Positions 18,763-29,335 of a stretch of 45,512 bases of DNA are shown in pieces. This DNA is from an uncultured Roseivirgaceae bacterium. GTDB taxonomy: Bacteria; Bacteroidota; Bacteroidia; Cytophagales; Cyclobacteriaceae. The stretch lies in assembly GCA_964634415.1 (NCBI GenBank), contig CAZWLS010000001.1, positions 2,193 through 47,704 on the forward strand. Direction: 5' to 3'. A program made the position numbers and the translations under genes. The first letter of the stretch is position 1. Each line of letters begins with the position of its first letter. The notes below the pieces were generated by a model. The model searched no databases, was not told the DNA's origin, and saw nothing but the letters and a program-made list of their open reading frames with translations.

Positions 18763-18772
18763 GGTCAAAAAT

Positions 18773-19717
18773 TTAGCCCAAGACCTTCTTTTGAAAATAA
18801 TCGAGTGTTGGCTTCAATCCTTCAGATCTGGTAAATTTTGGTTCCCAGTTTAAAACCTTCTTCGCTAAAGTGATATCTGGTTTGCGCTGCTTGGGGTCGT
18901 CTTTAGGTAAATCTTTATAAATGATCTTTGATTTACTTCCTGTGAGTCGGATGATTTCTTCACCAAATTCATTGATAGTTATCTCCTCAGGATTGCCAAT
19001 ATTAACTGGCTGTGAGTAATCGCTTTTTAATAGTCGATAAATTCCTTCCACCAAATCATCGACATATGTAAAGGATCGAGTTTGAGAGCCGTCACCAAAT
19101 GCAGTTAAACTTTCACCTTTAAGTGCCTGTGAAATGAACGCAGGTAAAACTCTACCATCATCTAATCTCATTCTTGGACCAAAAGTGTTGAAAATTCTAA
19201 CTATCCGAGTTTCTAAACCGTGGAAAGTATGATACGCCATAGTCAAAGCTTCTTGGAACCTTTTAGCTTCATCATATACACCTCTTGGCCCCACAGGATT
19301 TACATTCCCCCAATACTCTTCAGTTTGAGGATGAACCAAGGGATCTCCATAGACTTCTGAAGTTGAGGCAATCAGCATTCTTGCTTTTTTATCCTTAGCT
19401 AGACCTAAACAATTAAGAGTACCCAATGACCCAACTTTCATTGTTTGTATAGGCATTTTGAGATAATCTATCGGGCTTGCCGGCGATGCGAAATGTAAGA
19501 TGTATTCCAGATCCCCAGAGACATGAACATATTTTGAGACATCATGATGTTGGAATTCAAAATCCTTATGCCCCATTAGATGCTCGATGTTTTCGATATT
19601 ACCAGTTAACAAATTGTCCATTGCAACAACATGGTAACCTTCATCCAAAAATCTATCACACAAATGGGACCCTAAAAATCCAGCTCCTCCAGTGATTAAT
19701 ACTTTCTTTTTTGTCAT
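18773..19717 (-). CDS. UDP-glucuronate decarboxylase (UDP-xylose synthase)
   Basis: [62 protein letters not shown]. Confidence 0.9.
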   Translation of the reverse strand: MTKKKVLITGGAGFLGSHLCDRFLDEGYHVVAMDNLLTGNIENIEHLMGHKDFEFQHHDVSKYVHVSGDLEYILHFASPASPIDYLKMPIQTMKVGSLGTLNCLGLAKDKKARMLIASTSEVYGDPLVHPQTEEYWGNVNPVGPRGVYDEAKRFQEALTMAYHTFHGLETRIVRIFNTFGPRMRLDDGRVLPAFISQALKGESLTAFGDGSQTRSFTYVDDLVEGIYRLLKSDYSQPVNIGNPEEITINEFGEEIIRLTGSKSKIIYKDLPKDDPKQRKPDITLAKKVLNWEPKFTRSEGLKPTLDYFQKKVLG

Positions 19718-20268
19718 TAGAAATCTAGTTTTAGCTGACTAAGAGAAGGCAAGTTTCTATCCTTCTCAGATAAAATTAACTCTTCATCTCTCATGCCCCA
19801 GCTTATATTTAATTCAGGATCGTTATACTTTATCCCAGAATCAGACTCGGCATTGTATAACTCATCTACTTGATACATCAATTTCGCGTAATCTGATAGC
19901 ACTAAAAAACCATGAGCTGTTCCTTTTGGAATATAAAAATGCTTTTTGTTGTGTGCTGACAACCTCACTACACTATAGCCTCCAAAACTTGCCGAATCCG
20001 GCCTCAAATCTACAGCCACGTCGAGCACTTCTCCTTCGATACAAGAAATCAATTTGGCCTGCGCATGTTTGCCCGATTGGAAATGTAGGCCTCTTAAAAC
20101 TCCTTTTGTAGATCTTGACTGGTTTACTTGCTTAACATCAAAGTCAAATCCAGTAACATTCTTGAATTTCGCACTATTGAATCCCTCATAAAAGTATCCC
20201 CTTTCATCCTCAAAAACATCCTGTTCCAGTAGCCAACAATCCTTTAGGTTAGTTTCTTCAGCTTTCAT
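19717..20268 (-). CDS. rmlC: dTDP-4-dehydrorhamnose 3,5-epimerase
   Basis: [31 protein letters not shown]. Confidence 0.95.
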   Translation of the reverse strand: MKAEETNLKDCWLLEQDVFEDERGYFYEGFNSAKFKNVTGFDFDVKQVNQSRSTKGVLRGLHFQSGKHAQAKLISCIEGEVLDVAVDLRPDSASFGGYSVVRLSAHNKKHFYIPKGTAHGFLVLSDYAKLMYQVDELYNAESDSGIKYNDPELNISWGMRDEELILSEKDRNLPSLSQLKLDF

Positions 20269-21128
20269 TTGTTAAGAATATTTAGCAAGTAATCCCCATA
20301 TCCGCTTTTATCTAAGGATGAAGCCAATTTCTCTAATTCATAGTCTGATATGAAATTCATTTTGTAAGCTACTTCCTCAATACATCCAACTTTCAAACCC
20401 TGTCTTTCTTCAATCACTTGCACAAAATTTCCTGCTTGCATTAAGGCCGCAAATGTACCAGTATCTAACCAGGCGGTACCTCTATCAAAGACCTTAACAT
20501 GTAATTTTTTTTGATTTAAGTAGTAGTTATTTACGTCCGTAATCTCAATCTCTCCCCTTGGGCTTGGCTTAATTCCTTTAGATACTTCAATTACATCATT
20601 ATCATAATAATACAGGCCCGGTACTGCGTAGTTAGACTTTGGCATTTCTGGCTTCTCTTCAATAGAAATTGCCTGGTTATTTTCATCAAATTCTATGACG
20701 CCATATCTATTTGGATCATTGACGTGATATGCAAATACTATAGCACCATCTGGATCTATACAAGATTGTAGTTTTTTCGACAAACCGGATGCATAGAAAA
20801 TATTATCCCCCAAAATCAAAGCGACACTATCGTTTCCGATGAACTTTTCACCAATGATAAACGCTTCGGCCAAGCCTCGTGGCTCATGCTGTTCCGCATA
20901 TGAAAATGAACAACCCAATGATGACCCATCTCCAAGCAAATTCTTAAATATGGGTAAGTCTCTTGGTGTACTTATGATCAATACCTCCTTGATGCCAGAA
21001 AGCATTAAGGTTGACAATGGATAGTAGATCATTGGCTTATCATATACAGGTAGCAATTGCTTACTAACCGCATTGGTTAAGGGATGTAACCTAGTACCTG
21101 ATCCACCAGCTAATATGATTCCTTTCAT
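20265..21128 (-). CDS. rmlA: Glucose-1-phosphate thymidylyltransferase
   Basis: [46 protein letters not shown]. Confidence 0.97.
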   Translation of the reverse strand: MKGIILAGGSGTRLHPLTNAVSKQLLPVYDKPMIYYPLSTLMLSGIKEVLIISTPRDLPIFKNLLGDGSSLGCSFSYAEQHEPRGLAEAFIIGEKFIGNDSVALILGDNIFYASGLSKKLQSCIDPDGAIVFAYHVNDPNRYGVIEFDENNQAISIEEKPEMPKSNYAVPGLYYYDNDVIEVSKGIKPSPRGEIEITDVNNYYLNQKKLHVKVFDRGTAWLDTGTFAALMQAGNFVQVIEERQGLKVGCIEEVAYKMNFISDYELEKLASSLDKSGYGDYLLNILNK

Positions 21129-21130
21129 TC

Positions 21131-22195
21131 TTATCTGTTTTTGTAGTGATCATCGTAATATTTCAGATAATCACCAGTGGTGACATCGCTCAACCATTGC
21201 TCATTATCGAAATACCAGTCAACTGTTTTTTCTAAGCCCTCTCTAAATTGTAAAGATGGCTCCCATCCTAATTCTTTTTGAATCTTAGATGCATCAATGG
21301 CATACCTATGATCATGACCTGCTCTGTCTTTCACAAATGTGATTAGCTCCCTAGAGGTTCCTTGTGAATTACCAAGCTTACTATCCATTATATCGCATAA
21401 TAACCTTACCAAATCAATGTTCTTCCATTCATTGAAGCCACCAATATTGTAGGTTTCACCACTTTTTCCCATTTCCAAAATCAATTCTATCGCTCGGGCA
21501 TGATCTTCTACATAGAGCCAGTCTCGTATATTGTCCCCTTTTCCATAGACTGGAAGGGGCTGTCCATTTTTAATATTATGGATCATCAAGGGTATCAATT
21601 TTTCCGGAAATTGGTTTGGACCATAATTATTCGAGCAATTGGAAATCACATATGGTAAACCATACGTATTGCCATAAGCTCTTACAAAGTGATCAGAGGA
21701 TGCTTTGGAAGCAGAATATGGTGACTGAGGATCATAAGATGTAGTTTCGGTAAAAAAACCTTTTTCACCCAGTGACCCATAAACTTCATCTGTAGAAATA
21801 TGATAAAATCTTCTTTTAGCAAAGTTTCCCATCCATGCATTTTTAGCAGCATTGAGAAGATTTACTGTCCCTAATACATTGGTGTTTATAAAATCGATTG
21901 GATTTGAAATAGACCGATCTACATGTGACTCAGCGGCTAGATGAACAACAGATCTAAAGTCATTGTCTTTAAACAATTGCTCAATGAAAAGAGGATCGCA
22001 GATATCTCCTTTTACAAATTCATAATTACTTTTTTCTTCAATATCACTTAGATTTTCGAGATTCCCCGCATAGGTCAAATTATCAAGATTAATAACCTTG
22101 TAATGACCATTTTTCACCAACCTTCTTACAACGTGCGAGCCTATAAAACCTGCACCACCAGTGATCAATATGTTTGAATACTTAGTCACAGTCAA
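21131..22195 (-). CDS. rmlB: dTDP-glucose 4,6-dehydratase
   Basis: [48 protein letters not shown]. Confidence 0.97.
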   Translation of the reverse strand: MTVTKYSNILITGGAGFIGSHVVRRLVKNGHYKVINLDNLTYAGNLENLSDIEEKSNYEFVKGDICDPLFIEQLFKDNDFRSVVHLAAESHVDRSISNPIDFINTNVLGTVNLLNAAKNAWMGNFAKRRFYHISTDEVYGSLGEKGFFTETTSYDPQSPYSASKASSDHFVRAYGNTYGLPYVISNCSNNYGPNQFPEKLIPLMIHNIKNGQPLPVYGKGDNIRDWLYVEDHARAIELILEMGKSGETYNIGGFNEWKNIDLVRLLCDIMDSKLGNSQGTSRELITFVKDRAGHDHRYAIDASKIQKELGWEPSLQFREGLEKTVDWYFDNEQWLSDVTTGDYLKYYDDHYKNR

Positions 22196-23136
22196 ATATT
22201 TCTTTTATACCAATTGATTGTCAGTTCTAACCCCTTTTTAATGTCAAAAACTGGATCATAGTTAAGATCCTGAACTGCTTTCGAAATATCAGCCAGACTA
22301 TGCATGATATCACCTTCTCTCTCTTCCCTATATTTCGCTTCAACACGCGTACCAGCAAGTTCATTTATGTAATCTACAAGTTCACTTAAAGTTGTGCTAT
22401 TACCACATGCTATATTGTAAACCTTATTTGTAAGACTTTCCGGAGCCTCTAAAGATCTAATATTGGCCTCCACGGCATTTGCTACATATGTAAAATCACG
22501 GCTATGATTGCCATCTCCATTGATATTGGGTGAATCATCGGATAAAATGGCCTTAATGAAAAGTGGAATGACTGCAGCATAAGCACCATTAGGATCTTGT
22601 TTTGGTCCAAAAACATTGAAATACCTGAGGCCAATGGTATTCAGTCCGTACACTCTAAAAAAAACATCAGCGTACATTTCATTCACCAATTTTGTAATTG
22701 CATATGGCGATAAAGGATTGCCAATTTTCTCTTCTTTTTTGGGAAGATCAGGGGAGTCACCGTATGTAGATGACGAGGCGGCGTAAACTACACGAGCGAT
22801 TTTATTATCCACTGCAGCTTTGAAAACATTTAAGGTGCCTTCAATATTTACTCTATTTGTGAGCTGCGGATCTTTGATAGATCGAGGAACCGATCCCAGC
22901 GCAGCTTGGTGAGAGATTGCAGAAACATCTTTGGACACCTTGATTAGCAACTGATAATCCAAAATATCCCCTTTAATGAACTGGAAATTCTTATTTCCCT
23001 CAAAAGATTTAATGTTCTTCTCAAACCCTGTGGAAAGGTTATCCAAGCAAACAACATGGTAATTCTTATCCAGAAGAGATTCTATCAAATTAGATCCAAT
23101 AAATCCAGCTCCCCCTGTTACAAGAATCTTTTTCAT
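22192..23136 (-). CDS. UDP-GlcNAc 4-epimerase-like SDR (WbpP/TviC type)
   Basis: [53 protein letters not shown]. Confidence 0.88.
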   Translation of the reverse strand: MKKILVTGGAGFIGSNLIESLLDKNYHVVCLDNLSTGFEKNIKSFEGNKNFQFIKGDILDYQLLIKVSKDVSAISHQAALGSVPRSIKDPQLTNRVNIEGTLNVFKAAVDNKIARVVYAASSSTYGDSPDLPKKEEKIGNPLSPYAITKLVNEMYADVFFRVYGLNTIGLRYFNVFGPKQDPNGAYAAVIPLFIKAILSDDSPNINGDGNHSRDFTYVANAVEANIRSLEAPESLTNKVYNIACGNSTTLSELVDYINELAGTRVEAKYREEREGDIMHSLADISKAVQDLNYDPVFDIKKGLELTINWYKRNI

Positions 23137-23264
23137 CTGTTTACTTTATGCGAAACGTGAATCCTATTTTCGAAACTCACCTCTTTTTACGCTATAATTC
23201 TAAAAAACTATTGCAATGCTAACTTGAATGATAAGTATATGCAAGGTATGAACCGGTTTGAATT

Positions 23265-23272
23265 TACCTTTG
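23265..23272 (+). promoter_or_regulatory. -7 promoter box (TACCTTTG) for the ccm operon
   Basis: Exact TAnnTTTG match ending 7 nt before the ccmB GTG. Confidence 0.6.
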
Positions 23273-23279
23273 TGCGCAA

Positions 23280-23930
23280 GTGCAAAGAGTAGTAGAATTA
23301 ATTAAAAAAGACTTAATCGTCGATTGGAGACAGCAAAATCCGATAACAGGGATTATGCTTTATCTGGCATCAACGATTTTCACCTCGTTCATGGCGTTCA
23401 AGGGGCTTGTTTCTGTTGAAGTTTGGAATGCCCTGTTTTGGATAATCCTGTTGTTCACTGCGATAAATGCGATTTCAAAAAGTTTTATTCAGGAAGAAAG
23501 AAGATCGCATTACTATTTCTTTCTTTCCAAAGCTCATGAGATCATCCTTGCAAAGTTGATTTACTCATTTCTTTATCTTTTTACAATCTCTATTTTATCA
23601 CTAATTATTTATTCCACCCTTTTAGGTAATCCATTGATCAACTATGGTCTTTTTCTTCTAAACTTAGTGCTAGGATGCTTAGGTCTGAGCGCAGCCTTCA
23701 CAATGATTTCTTCAATCGCTTTCCGAACTAGCAATCGGTCGATCATGATGGCAGTACTCGGGTTTCCAGTAATTATACCTGTTTTAGTTTTAGCGATAAG
23801 CAATAGCTTCAAAATACTTGACAGCTATGTCCTTATGCAGATTCAGGGAAATCTAACTGCGCTCTTCTCAGTCGATGTGATTATCATTGCGCTCACATTC
23901 GTTTTGTTCCCTTTTACCTGGAAATCGTGA
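23280..23930 (+). CDS. ccmB: Heme exporter protein B
   Basis: Six TM segments, LIKKDL.V.WR, LGFPVIIP; first gene of the ccm cluster. Confidence 0.85.
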   Translation: MQRVVELIKKDLIVDWRQQNPITGIMLYLASTIFTSFMAFKGLVSVEVWNALFWIILLFTAINAISKSFIQEERRSHYYFFLSKAHEIILAKLIYSFLYLFTISILSLIIYSTLLGNPLINYGLFLLNLVLGCLGLSAAFTMISSIAFRTSNRSIMMAVLGFPVIIPVLVLAISNSFKILDSYVLMQIQGNLTALFSVDVIIIALTFVLFPFTWKS

Positions 23931-24604
23931 TGGGTTATTTACTAAAAACTGATTGGTGGAAATGGCTGTGTGTAGCAATATTGGTTTACACAGTTATTGG
24001 TGGATTGTTATTTCCGGTACCAAGGTTAAACATTCTTAATGAAACTATACGAGTACTGCATTTCCATGTACCCATGTGGTTTGGGATGATACTACTTTTT
24101 CTGTCTTCGGTGATCCACGCAATTAAGTACCTAAAAAGTGGCAATGTAGATAGTGATGTATACAGCAGTCAACTCGCAATTGTAGGCCTGGCCTTTGGCA
24201 TCCTAGGCATCCTATCTGGAATGGTGTGGGCAAAATTTGCTTGGGGTGAATTTTGGAGCAATGACCCTAAACAGAACGGAGCTGCTATTTCACTTCTCGT
24301 ATATCTGGCCTATTTCGTTTTAAGGGGTTCTTTTCAAGATGAACAGCAACGTAATCGCATATCTGCTGTCTACAACATTTTTGCATTTGCCATGATGATC
24401 CCTCTATTATTTATTCTGCCTAGAATGACGGATAGTCTTCATCCTGGCAATGGAGGTAATCCAGCATTAAGTATTTATGACACGGATAGTAACCTTAAAA
24501 AGGTGTTTTATGTAGCTGTTATAGGATGGACCTTGCTGGGTTTTTGGATTTCGACGATTTCTATAAGGCTTACAATAACCAAACAAAAACTTGAAGATGC
24601 ATAA
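23927..24604 (+). CDS. ccmC: Heme exporter protein C
   Basis: HFHVP, WWD-like WAKFAWGEFWSNDPK, SLHP. Confidence 0.9.
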   Translation: MMGYLLKTDWWKWLCVAILVYTVIGGLLFPVPRLNILNETIRVLHFHVPMWFGMILLFLSSVIHAIKYLKSGNVDSDVYSSQLAIVGLAFGILGILSGMVWAKFAWGEFWSNDPKQNGAAISLLVYLAYFVLRGSFQDEQQRNRISAVYNIFAFAMMIPLLFILPRMTDSLHPGNGGNPALSIYDTDSNLKKVFYVAVIGWTLLGFWISTISIRLTITKQKLEDA

Positions 24605-24803
24605 ATTTTTACTAGGAATATTTTTGATTTTAGGAACTCAATATGCTCAAGCTCAAGTTGAGATGGCAGATAAGTTCCGAGGTGAAGGAAAGATCTATGT
24701 AGTCATAGCGGTGATTCTTATCATCTTGGCTGGGTTTTTCTTTCTCTTATTCAAACTGGATAAGCGTGCTAAGCGTTTAGAAGAAGAAGTTTCAGAAAAA
24801 TGA
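24597..24803 (+). CDS. ccmD: CcmD-family small membrane protein
   Basis: Located between ccmC and ccmE; GKIYVV TM helix followed by a charged tail (LDKRAKRLEEE). Confidence 0.7.
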   Translation: MHKFLLGIFLILGTQYAQAQVEMADKFRGEGKIYVVIAVILIILAGFFFLLFKLDKRAKRLEEEVSEK

Positions 24804-25207
24804 AAAAAACACACATAGCAGCAGTAGTAGTAATTGCAATAGCAATTGCTATGATTATTTCAATGACTGGAGATGCAAGTTCTTATGTTAGCTTTTCAGA
24901 AGCTAAAGAGCTTTCTGAAAAAGGGTTTCAAAAAAACATACATGTTGTCGGCGAACTCCCTAAAACTGCAAATGGTGAGATCATAGGCATTATAGAAAGT
25001 CCTGATAAGCTCTCGTTTAAATTTGACATGATAGATGAGAATGGTCTAAAGCAACAGGTATTGCATGCTGATCCCATTCCAACAGACTTTACCAGATCGG
25101 AACAAGTTGTAATAATCGGGGCTTATCAAGGAGAGAAGTTTGTTGCAGAAAAAATATTGCTCAAGTGTCCTTCCAAATACCAGGAAGACCCTGAGTTTAA
25201 TAGCTAA
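24800..25207 (+). CDS. ccmE: Heme chaperone, CxxxY variant
   Basis: N-terminal anchor; P.DF...EQVV..G; C-terminal ILLKCPSKY. Confidence 0.9.
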   Translation: MKKTHIAAVVVIAIAIAMIISMTGDASSYVSFSEAKELSEKGFQKNIHVVGELPKTANGEIIGIIESPDKLSFKFDMIDENGLKQQVLHADPIPTDFTRSEQVVIIGAYQGEKFVAEKILLKCPSKYQEDPEFNS

Positions 25208-25234
25208 TTTTTTTGGCCAAAGTAGACCCAGCTT

Positions 25235-27724
25235 ATGATACATTATTTCGAGGGACAATTAGGTCATGCGTTCGTCATTCTTGCGTTCGTAACGAGTTTG
25301 CTTTCAGCTTTTGCTTTTTTTAAAGGCAGAAATCAAGATGAAGAATGGACAGCTTTCGCTAGCAAAATCTTCTATGCACATGTGGTTGCCGTTGTGGGCA
25401 TTATTGGCACACTGTTTTACTTGATTAATAATCACTACTTCGAGTATCATTATGTGTTCAGTCACAGCTCTAAGATTCTACCTACATATTATCAGATTTC
25501 TTGTTTTTGGGAAGGCCAAGAAGGTTCTTTCTTACTCTGGATTTTCTGGAATGCCGTCTTAGGAATCATCTTACTTAATACCAACAAATTTTGGAAGGCT
25601 CCAGTGATGTTTATCATGGCAGTAACTCAAGTTTTCCTTGTATCAATGATTTTAGGTGTTGTGGTATTCGATGTGAAGCTTGGGAGTTCTCCATTTATGC
25701 TGCTAAGAGAGGTTATTGATGCTCCAATCTTCAAAACAAACCCCAACTTTATCCCTGAGGATGGCAATGGACTAAATCCTCTACTTCAGAATTATTGGAT
25801 GGTGATCCACCCTCCAACGCTATTTCTAGGATTTGCTACTACTGTTATTCCATTCGCCTATTGTTTAGGTGGATTGCTGATAGGTAAAAACAAGGAATGG
25901 ATTAGACCGGCCCTCCCGTGGGCTCAGTTCTCGGCCATGATTCTTGGTGTGGGTATTTTGATGGGCGCTTATTGGGCATATGAAACACTTAATTTCGGTG
26001 GGTATTGGAATTGGGATCCAGTTGAAAATGCCATTTACGTCCCATGGCTAGTATTAGTAGCTGCAATACATGTCATGATTGCTTATAAGAAGAGTGGATC
26101 AGCACTAAAGCTTTCATTGATATTGGTCGTTGCCTCATTCATTCTTGTTCTTTATGCTACATTTCTAACAAGAAGCGGAATACTTGGTAATTCATCGGTT
26201 CACTCATTTACTGATTTAGGACTTTCCGGACAGCTACTTATATACTTATTCGCTTTCATTGTCTTATCCATATTGTTAATAGTAAAAAGGTGGAAAGAAA
26301 TTCCAACCTCAGATGAGGAGACTTCGACTTATTCAAGAGAGTTCTGGATTTTTATGGGAGCCGGAGTTCTTGGGCTGATGGCATTCCAAGTGCTGCTTTA
26401 TACGTCAATGCCCGTATACAATAAGGTTGCAAGTCTTATTGGTTTTGAACTAAGCCTTGCGCCACCAACAGATATTTATGAGGCATACTCATTACCTCAA
26501 CTCATTCTTTCCGTGTTTTTAGCAATTCTATCAGGCACTGGACAGTTTTTTTGGTGGAAAAAAATGGATGGCAAGAAGCTCATGGATGAGCTTAGAACAC
26601 CATTTATAATATCGCTAATTATATCCGGCGCAATCATTTTAGTAGGAAGCATAACGGAGCCATTTTACTTGATTTTACTTATATCTTGTGTGTATTCTAT
26701 TTGTGCCAATGGTAAGATTCTCTTGGGGCTAGCCAAGTCTAGCATCAAACTATCTGGAGGCTCTATAACTCATATTGGTGTTGCACTAATGTTAGTTGGA
26801 ATTCTTTTCTCAAGCGGGTATTCTACCATCCTTTCTACCAACTACACCACAATGGTTTGGAACTCTGATTTCCCTGAGGAAGTAAATAGAGATAACCTCT
26901 TACTGTTCATCAACGAGCCTCGACAAATGAAAGAGTACTCGATGATTTATAGAGGAATTAGAAAGGAAACAAGGGAGGAAGGATACATCGATCAAAATGC
27001 ACTAGAGCTAACTCCCGACCCGTTGAAAGTGGTTAGAAAAAACAATGGAGACACTTTAACTCTGATTAATCCAGAAAACAGCTACTTTGAAGTAGAGTAT
27101 CACAAAGAAGAAGGCAAAGAGTTTACACTTTTTCCAAGAGTACAGGTAAATAAATCCATGGACATGATTGTCTATTCACCTGACATTAGAAGAAATGTAA
27201 GTGCCGATATGTATACTCATGTGCGTGTATTTCCTGATCCAGATCAGGAAATAGATTGGAGTGAGCCAAAAGAAGTTAAAGTAGACATTGGAGGTCAATT
27301 CTTCGTCAATGATTACGTGGCAACCCTAAAAAGAATGGAGCCAATTTCAGAAGTTAATGGCACTGCACTTTCAAATGGAGATGTAGCAGTCAAAGCGGTA
27401 ATAGAGGTCCAGGGCGAATATTCTAATTACACAACAGAGCCAATTTTCTTAATTAGAAATCAGGAATATGTAGGAAGGATTGACGATCAAGTAAATGATT
27501 TAGCATTTAGGATCTCCATACAAAATATTCTTCCTAAGGAAAATGCGGTCGTTTTAGCATATCAAACTACCCAAAAGGATTGGATCATTATGGAGGCAGT
27601 AAAAAAGCCTTGGATCAATGTGCTTTGGATAGGAACATTCATGTTGGTAATTGGCTTCATCGTAGCCATTAGGCGTAGATATCTCGAATTTATAAAAATG
27701 CGAGACAAAGGAGTGGAAGCATAA
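25235..27724 (+). CDS. ccmF: Cytochrome c biogenesis heme lyase
   Basis: WEGQEGSFLLW, GLNPLLQNYWMVIHPP, GGYWNWDPVEN, FLTRSG, SVHSF, HIG, KPWINVLWIG. Confidence 0.93.
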   Translation: MIHYFEGQLGHAFVILAFVTSLLSAFAFFKGRNQDEEWTAFASKIFYAHVVAVVGIIGTLFYLINNHYFEYHYVFSHSSKILPTYYQISCFWEGQEGSFLLWIFWNAVLGIILLNTNKFWKAPVMFIMAVTQVFLVSMILGVVVFDVKLGSSPFMLLREVIDAPIFKTNPNFIPEDGNGLNPLLQNYWMVIHPPTLFLGFATTVIPFAYCLGGLLIGKNKEWIRPALPWAQFSAMILGVGILMGAYWAYETLNFGGYWNWDPVENAIYVPWLVLVAAIHVMIAYKKSGSALKLSLILVVASFILVLYATFLTRSGILGNSSVHSFTDLGLSGQLLIYLFAFIVLSILLIVKRWKEIPTSDEETSTYSREFWIFMGAGVLGLMAFQVLLYTSMPVYNKVASLIGFELSLAPPTDIYEAYSLPQLILSVFLAILSGTGQFFWWKKMDGKKLMDELRTPFIISLIISGAIILVGSITEPFYLILLISCVYSICANGKILLGLAKSSIKLSGGSITHIGVALMLVGILFSSGYSTILSTNYTTMVWNSDFPEEVNRDNLLLFINEPRQMKEYSMIYRGIRKETREEGYIDQNALELTPDPLKVVRKNNGDTLTLINPENSYFEVEYHKEEGKEFTLFPRVQVNKSMDMIVYSPDIRRNVSADMYTHVRVFPDPDQEIDWSEPKEVKVDIGGQFFVNDYVATLKRMEPISEVNGTALSNGDVAVKAVIEVQGEYSNYTTEPIFLIRNQEYVGRIDDQVNDLAFRISIQNILPKENAVVLAYQTTQKDWIIMEAVKKPWINVLWIGTFMLVIGFIVAIRRRYLEFIKMRDKGVEA

Positions 27725-27761
27725 ATTCACTTTTTGGGCTTTTATCTTCTATTTTTACTGT

Positions 27762-28487
27762 ATGAGCAAGGTAGCAATCATTGGGTACGGAAATGTTGGC
27801 TATCATTTAGCTAATCGTATCTCCTCGAAACGTCACGAGGTTTCAGTTTTTTCAAGAACACCGATCGAAGACCAAGTGCTTTCGATGGACCATTTGGACC
27901 CGAATGATTTTGATATCATCATTTTAAGTGTTCCAGACGATATCATCAAAGAGGTTTCCGATCAGCTTGCCATTTCAGAAGCAATCGTTCTACATACTTC
28001 CGGATCCAATCCCATAGCAGACTTATCAAAACACGTAAAGCACGGTGTGATGTATCCACTTCAAACCTTTAGTACTACCAAGGAGATTGATTTTACATCA
28101 TTCCCGATCTTTGTGGAAGGTTCAGATGAGGGTGAACGTGACATTTTTACATTTGTAAGAAGCTTCAGCAATGATGTAAGGTTAATGACATCAACAAATC
28201 GCTCAAAGCTTCATTTGGCAGCAGTATTTGCATGCAACTTTAGCAATCACATGCTGCACTTGTCTGAAATATTACTTGCTGACTTAGACATGAGTTTTCA
28301 AGACATTCAACCATTAGTAGAAGAGACCTTGGAAAAGGCAGTAAAGTTAAATCCATCTAATTCTCAAACAGGACCTGCGGTAAGGGAAGATGATGACACT
28401 ATTAATACACATTTGAGTATGCTCAAGGATGAAAAACTGAAAAGTATTTACCAAATGATCACAGACAGCATTCAAGATAAAAAGTGA
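27762..28487 (+). CDS. Rossmann-fold DUF2520 oxidoreductase
   Basis: IIGYGNVG, HTSGS, YPLQTFS, LHLAAVFACNF.NH, QTGPAVR.D. Confidence 0.85.
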   Translation: MSKVAIIGYGNVGYHLANRISSKRHEVSVFSRTPIEDQVLSMDHLDPNDFDIIILSVPDDIIKEVSDQLAISEAIVLHTSGSNPIADLSKHVKHGVMYPLQTFSTTKEIDFTSFPIFVEGSDEGERDIFTFVRSFSNDVRLMTSTNRSKLHLAAVFACNFSNHMLHLSEILLADLDMSFQDIQPLVEETLEKAVKLNPSNSQTGPAVREDDDTINTHLSMLKDEKLKSIYQMITDSIQDKK

Positions 28488-29335
28488 GTTTTATCGCGAA
28501 GAATACTGCAGGATTATTATTAGCCAGTCGGATTCCAAACTTGCTAGTAATAGGAATTACTCAATTTGTCACTGCATATTATCTTCTAGATAAGTCTCTA
28601 GAAAACCTCATTCAAATTGACTTCCTCCTCTTCATTTTTAGCACCGGAATGATAGGAGCTGCCGGATATATAATCAATGACTATTTCGATCAAAAAATAG
28701 ACATGGTAAACAGGCCTGATAAAGTGATTGTAGGCACCACTTTTAGAAGACGACTCGCCTTGTTTTCACATATTGTATTAACCTTCTCAGGAATAGCACT
28801 CGGATTTCTAATAGATCCAGCCGTTGGTGTTATTCATATATTTTCTTCTGGTGCACTATGGACTTATAGTGTTATTATCCGAAGATGGATACTGCTAGGA
28901 ACTCTTACCGTAGCCTTTCTAACATGTCTTACATTGCTTTTAGTGATGGTGTTTTTTCGAGAGTTCAACCTACTGGTAGTAGCCTATGCGCTATTTGGAT
29001 GTGTAACGACATTTATTCGCGAAAGCCTTAAAGATATAATAAGTGCCAAAGGAGAAGTACAATTTGGGATTCAGTCAATCCCCATAGTATGGGGAGTCCG
29101 TGGCGCCAAACTTGTGATATTTTTAGCTGGGGCTGCTGGAGTCGGCTTACTTACCTTTTACTTGCTGTCTATACCAAATTGGAATGTGAGATACTTCTTC
29201 TTTGGTGTTCTAATTTATGTTTTTTGGATCGCATATCGCTTAGTAAATGCTGATAAAATGAGTGATTTTAGATCAGTAAAAACCTACATCGATATATTGA
29301 TTTTGGCAGGTCTAGTAAGCATGTTTTTAATCTAA
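28484..29335 (+). CDS. UbiA-family prenyltransferase (DGGGP-synthase-like)
   Basis: R.PNL, AAGYIINDYFD..ID.VNRP, RE..KD, multiple TM segments. Confidence 0.85.
   Translation: MSFIAKNTAGLLLASRIPNLLVIGITQFVTAYYLLDKSLENLIQIDFLLFIFSTGMIGAAGYIINDYFDQKIDMVNRPDKVIVGTTFRRRLALFSHIVLTFSGIALGFLIDPAVGVIHIFSSGALWTYSVIIRRWILLGTLTVAFLTCLTLLLVMVFFREFNLLVVAYALFGCVTTFIRESLKDIISAKGEVQFGIQSIPIVWGVRGAKLVIFLAGAAGVGLLTFYLLSIPNWNVRYFFFGVLIYVFWIAYRLVNADKMSDFRSVKTYIDILILAGLVSMFLI

Noticed and set aside
23137-23279. Invertible promoter or antiterminator leader for the polysaccharide operon
   Set aside because: No convincing flanking inverted repeats, and no recombinase or UpxY/NusG paralogue in the window.
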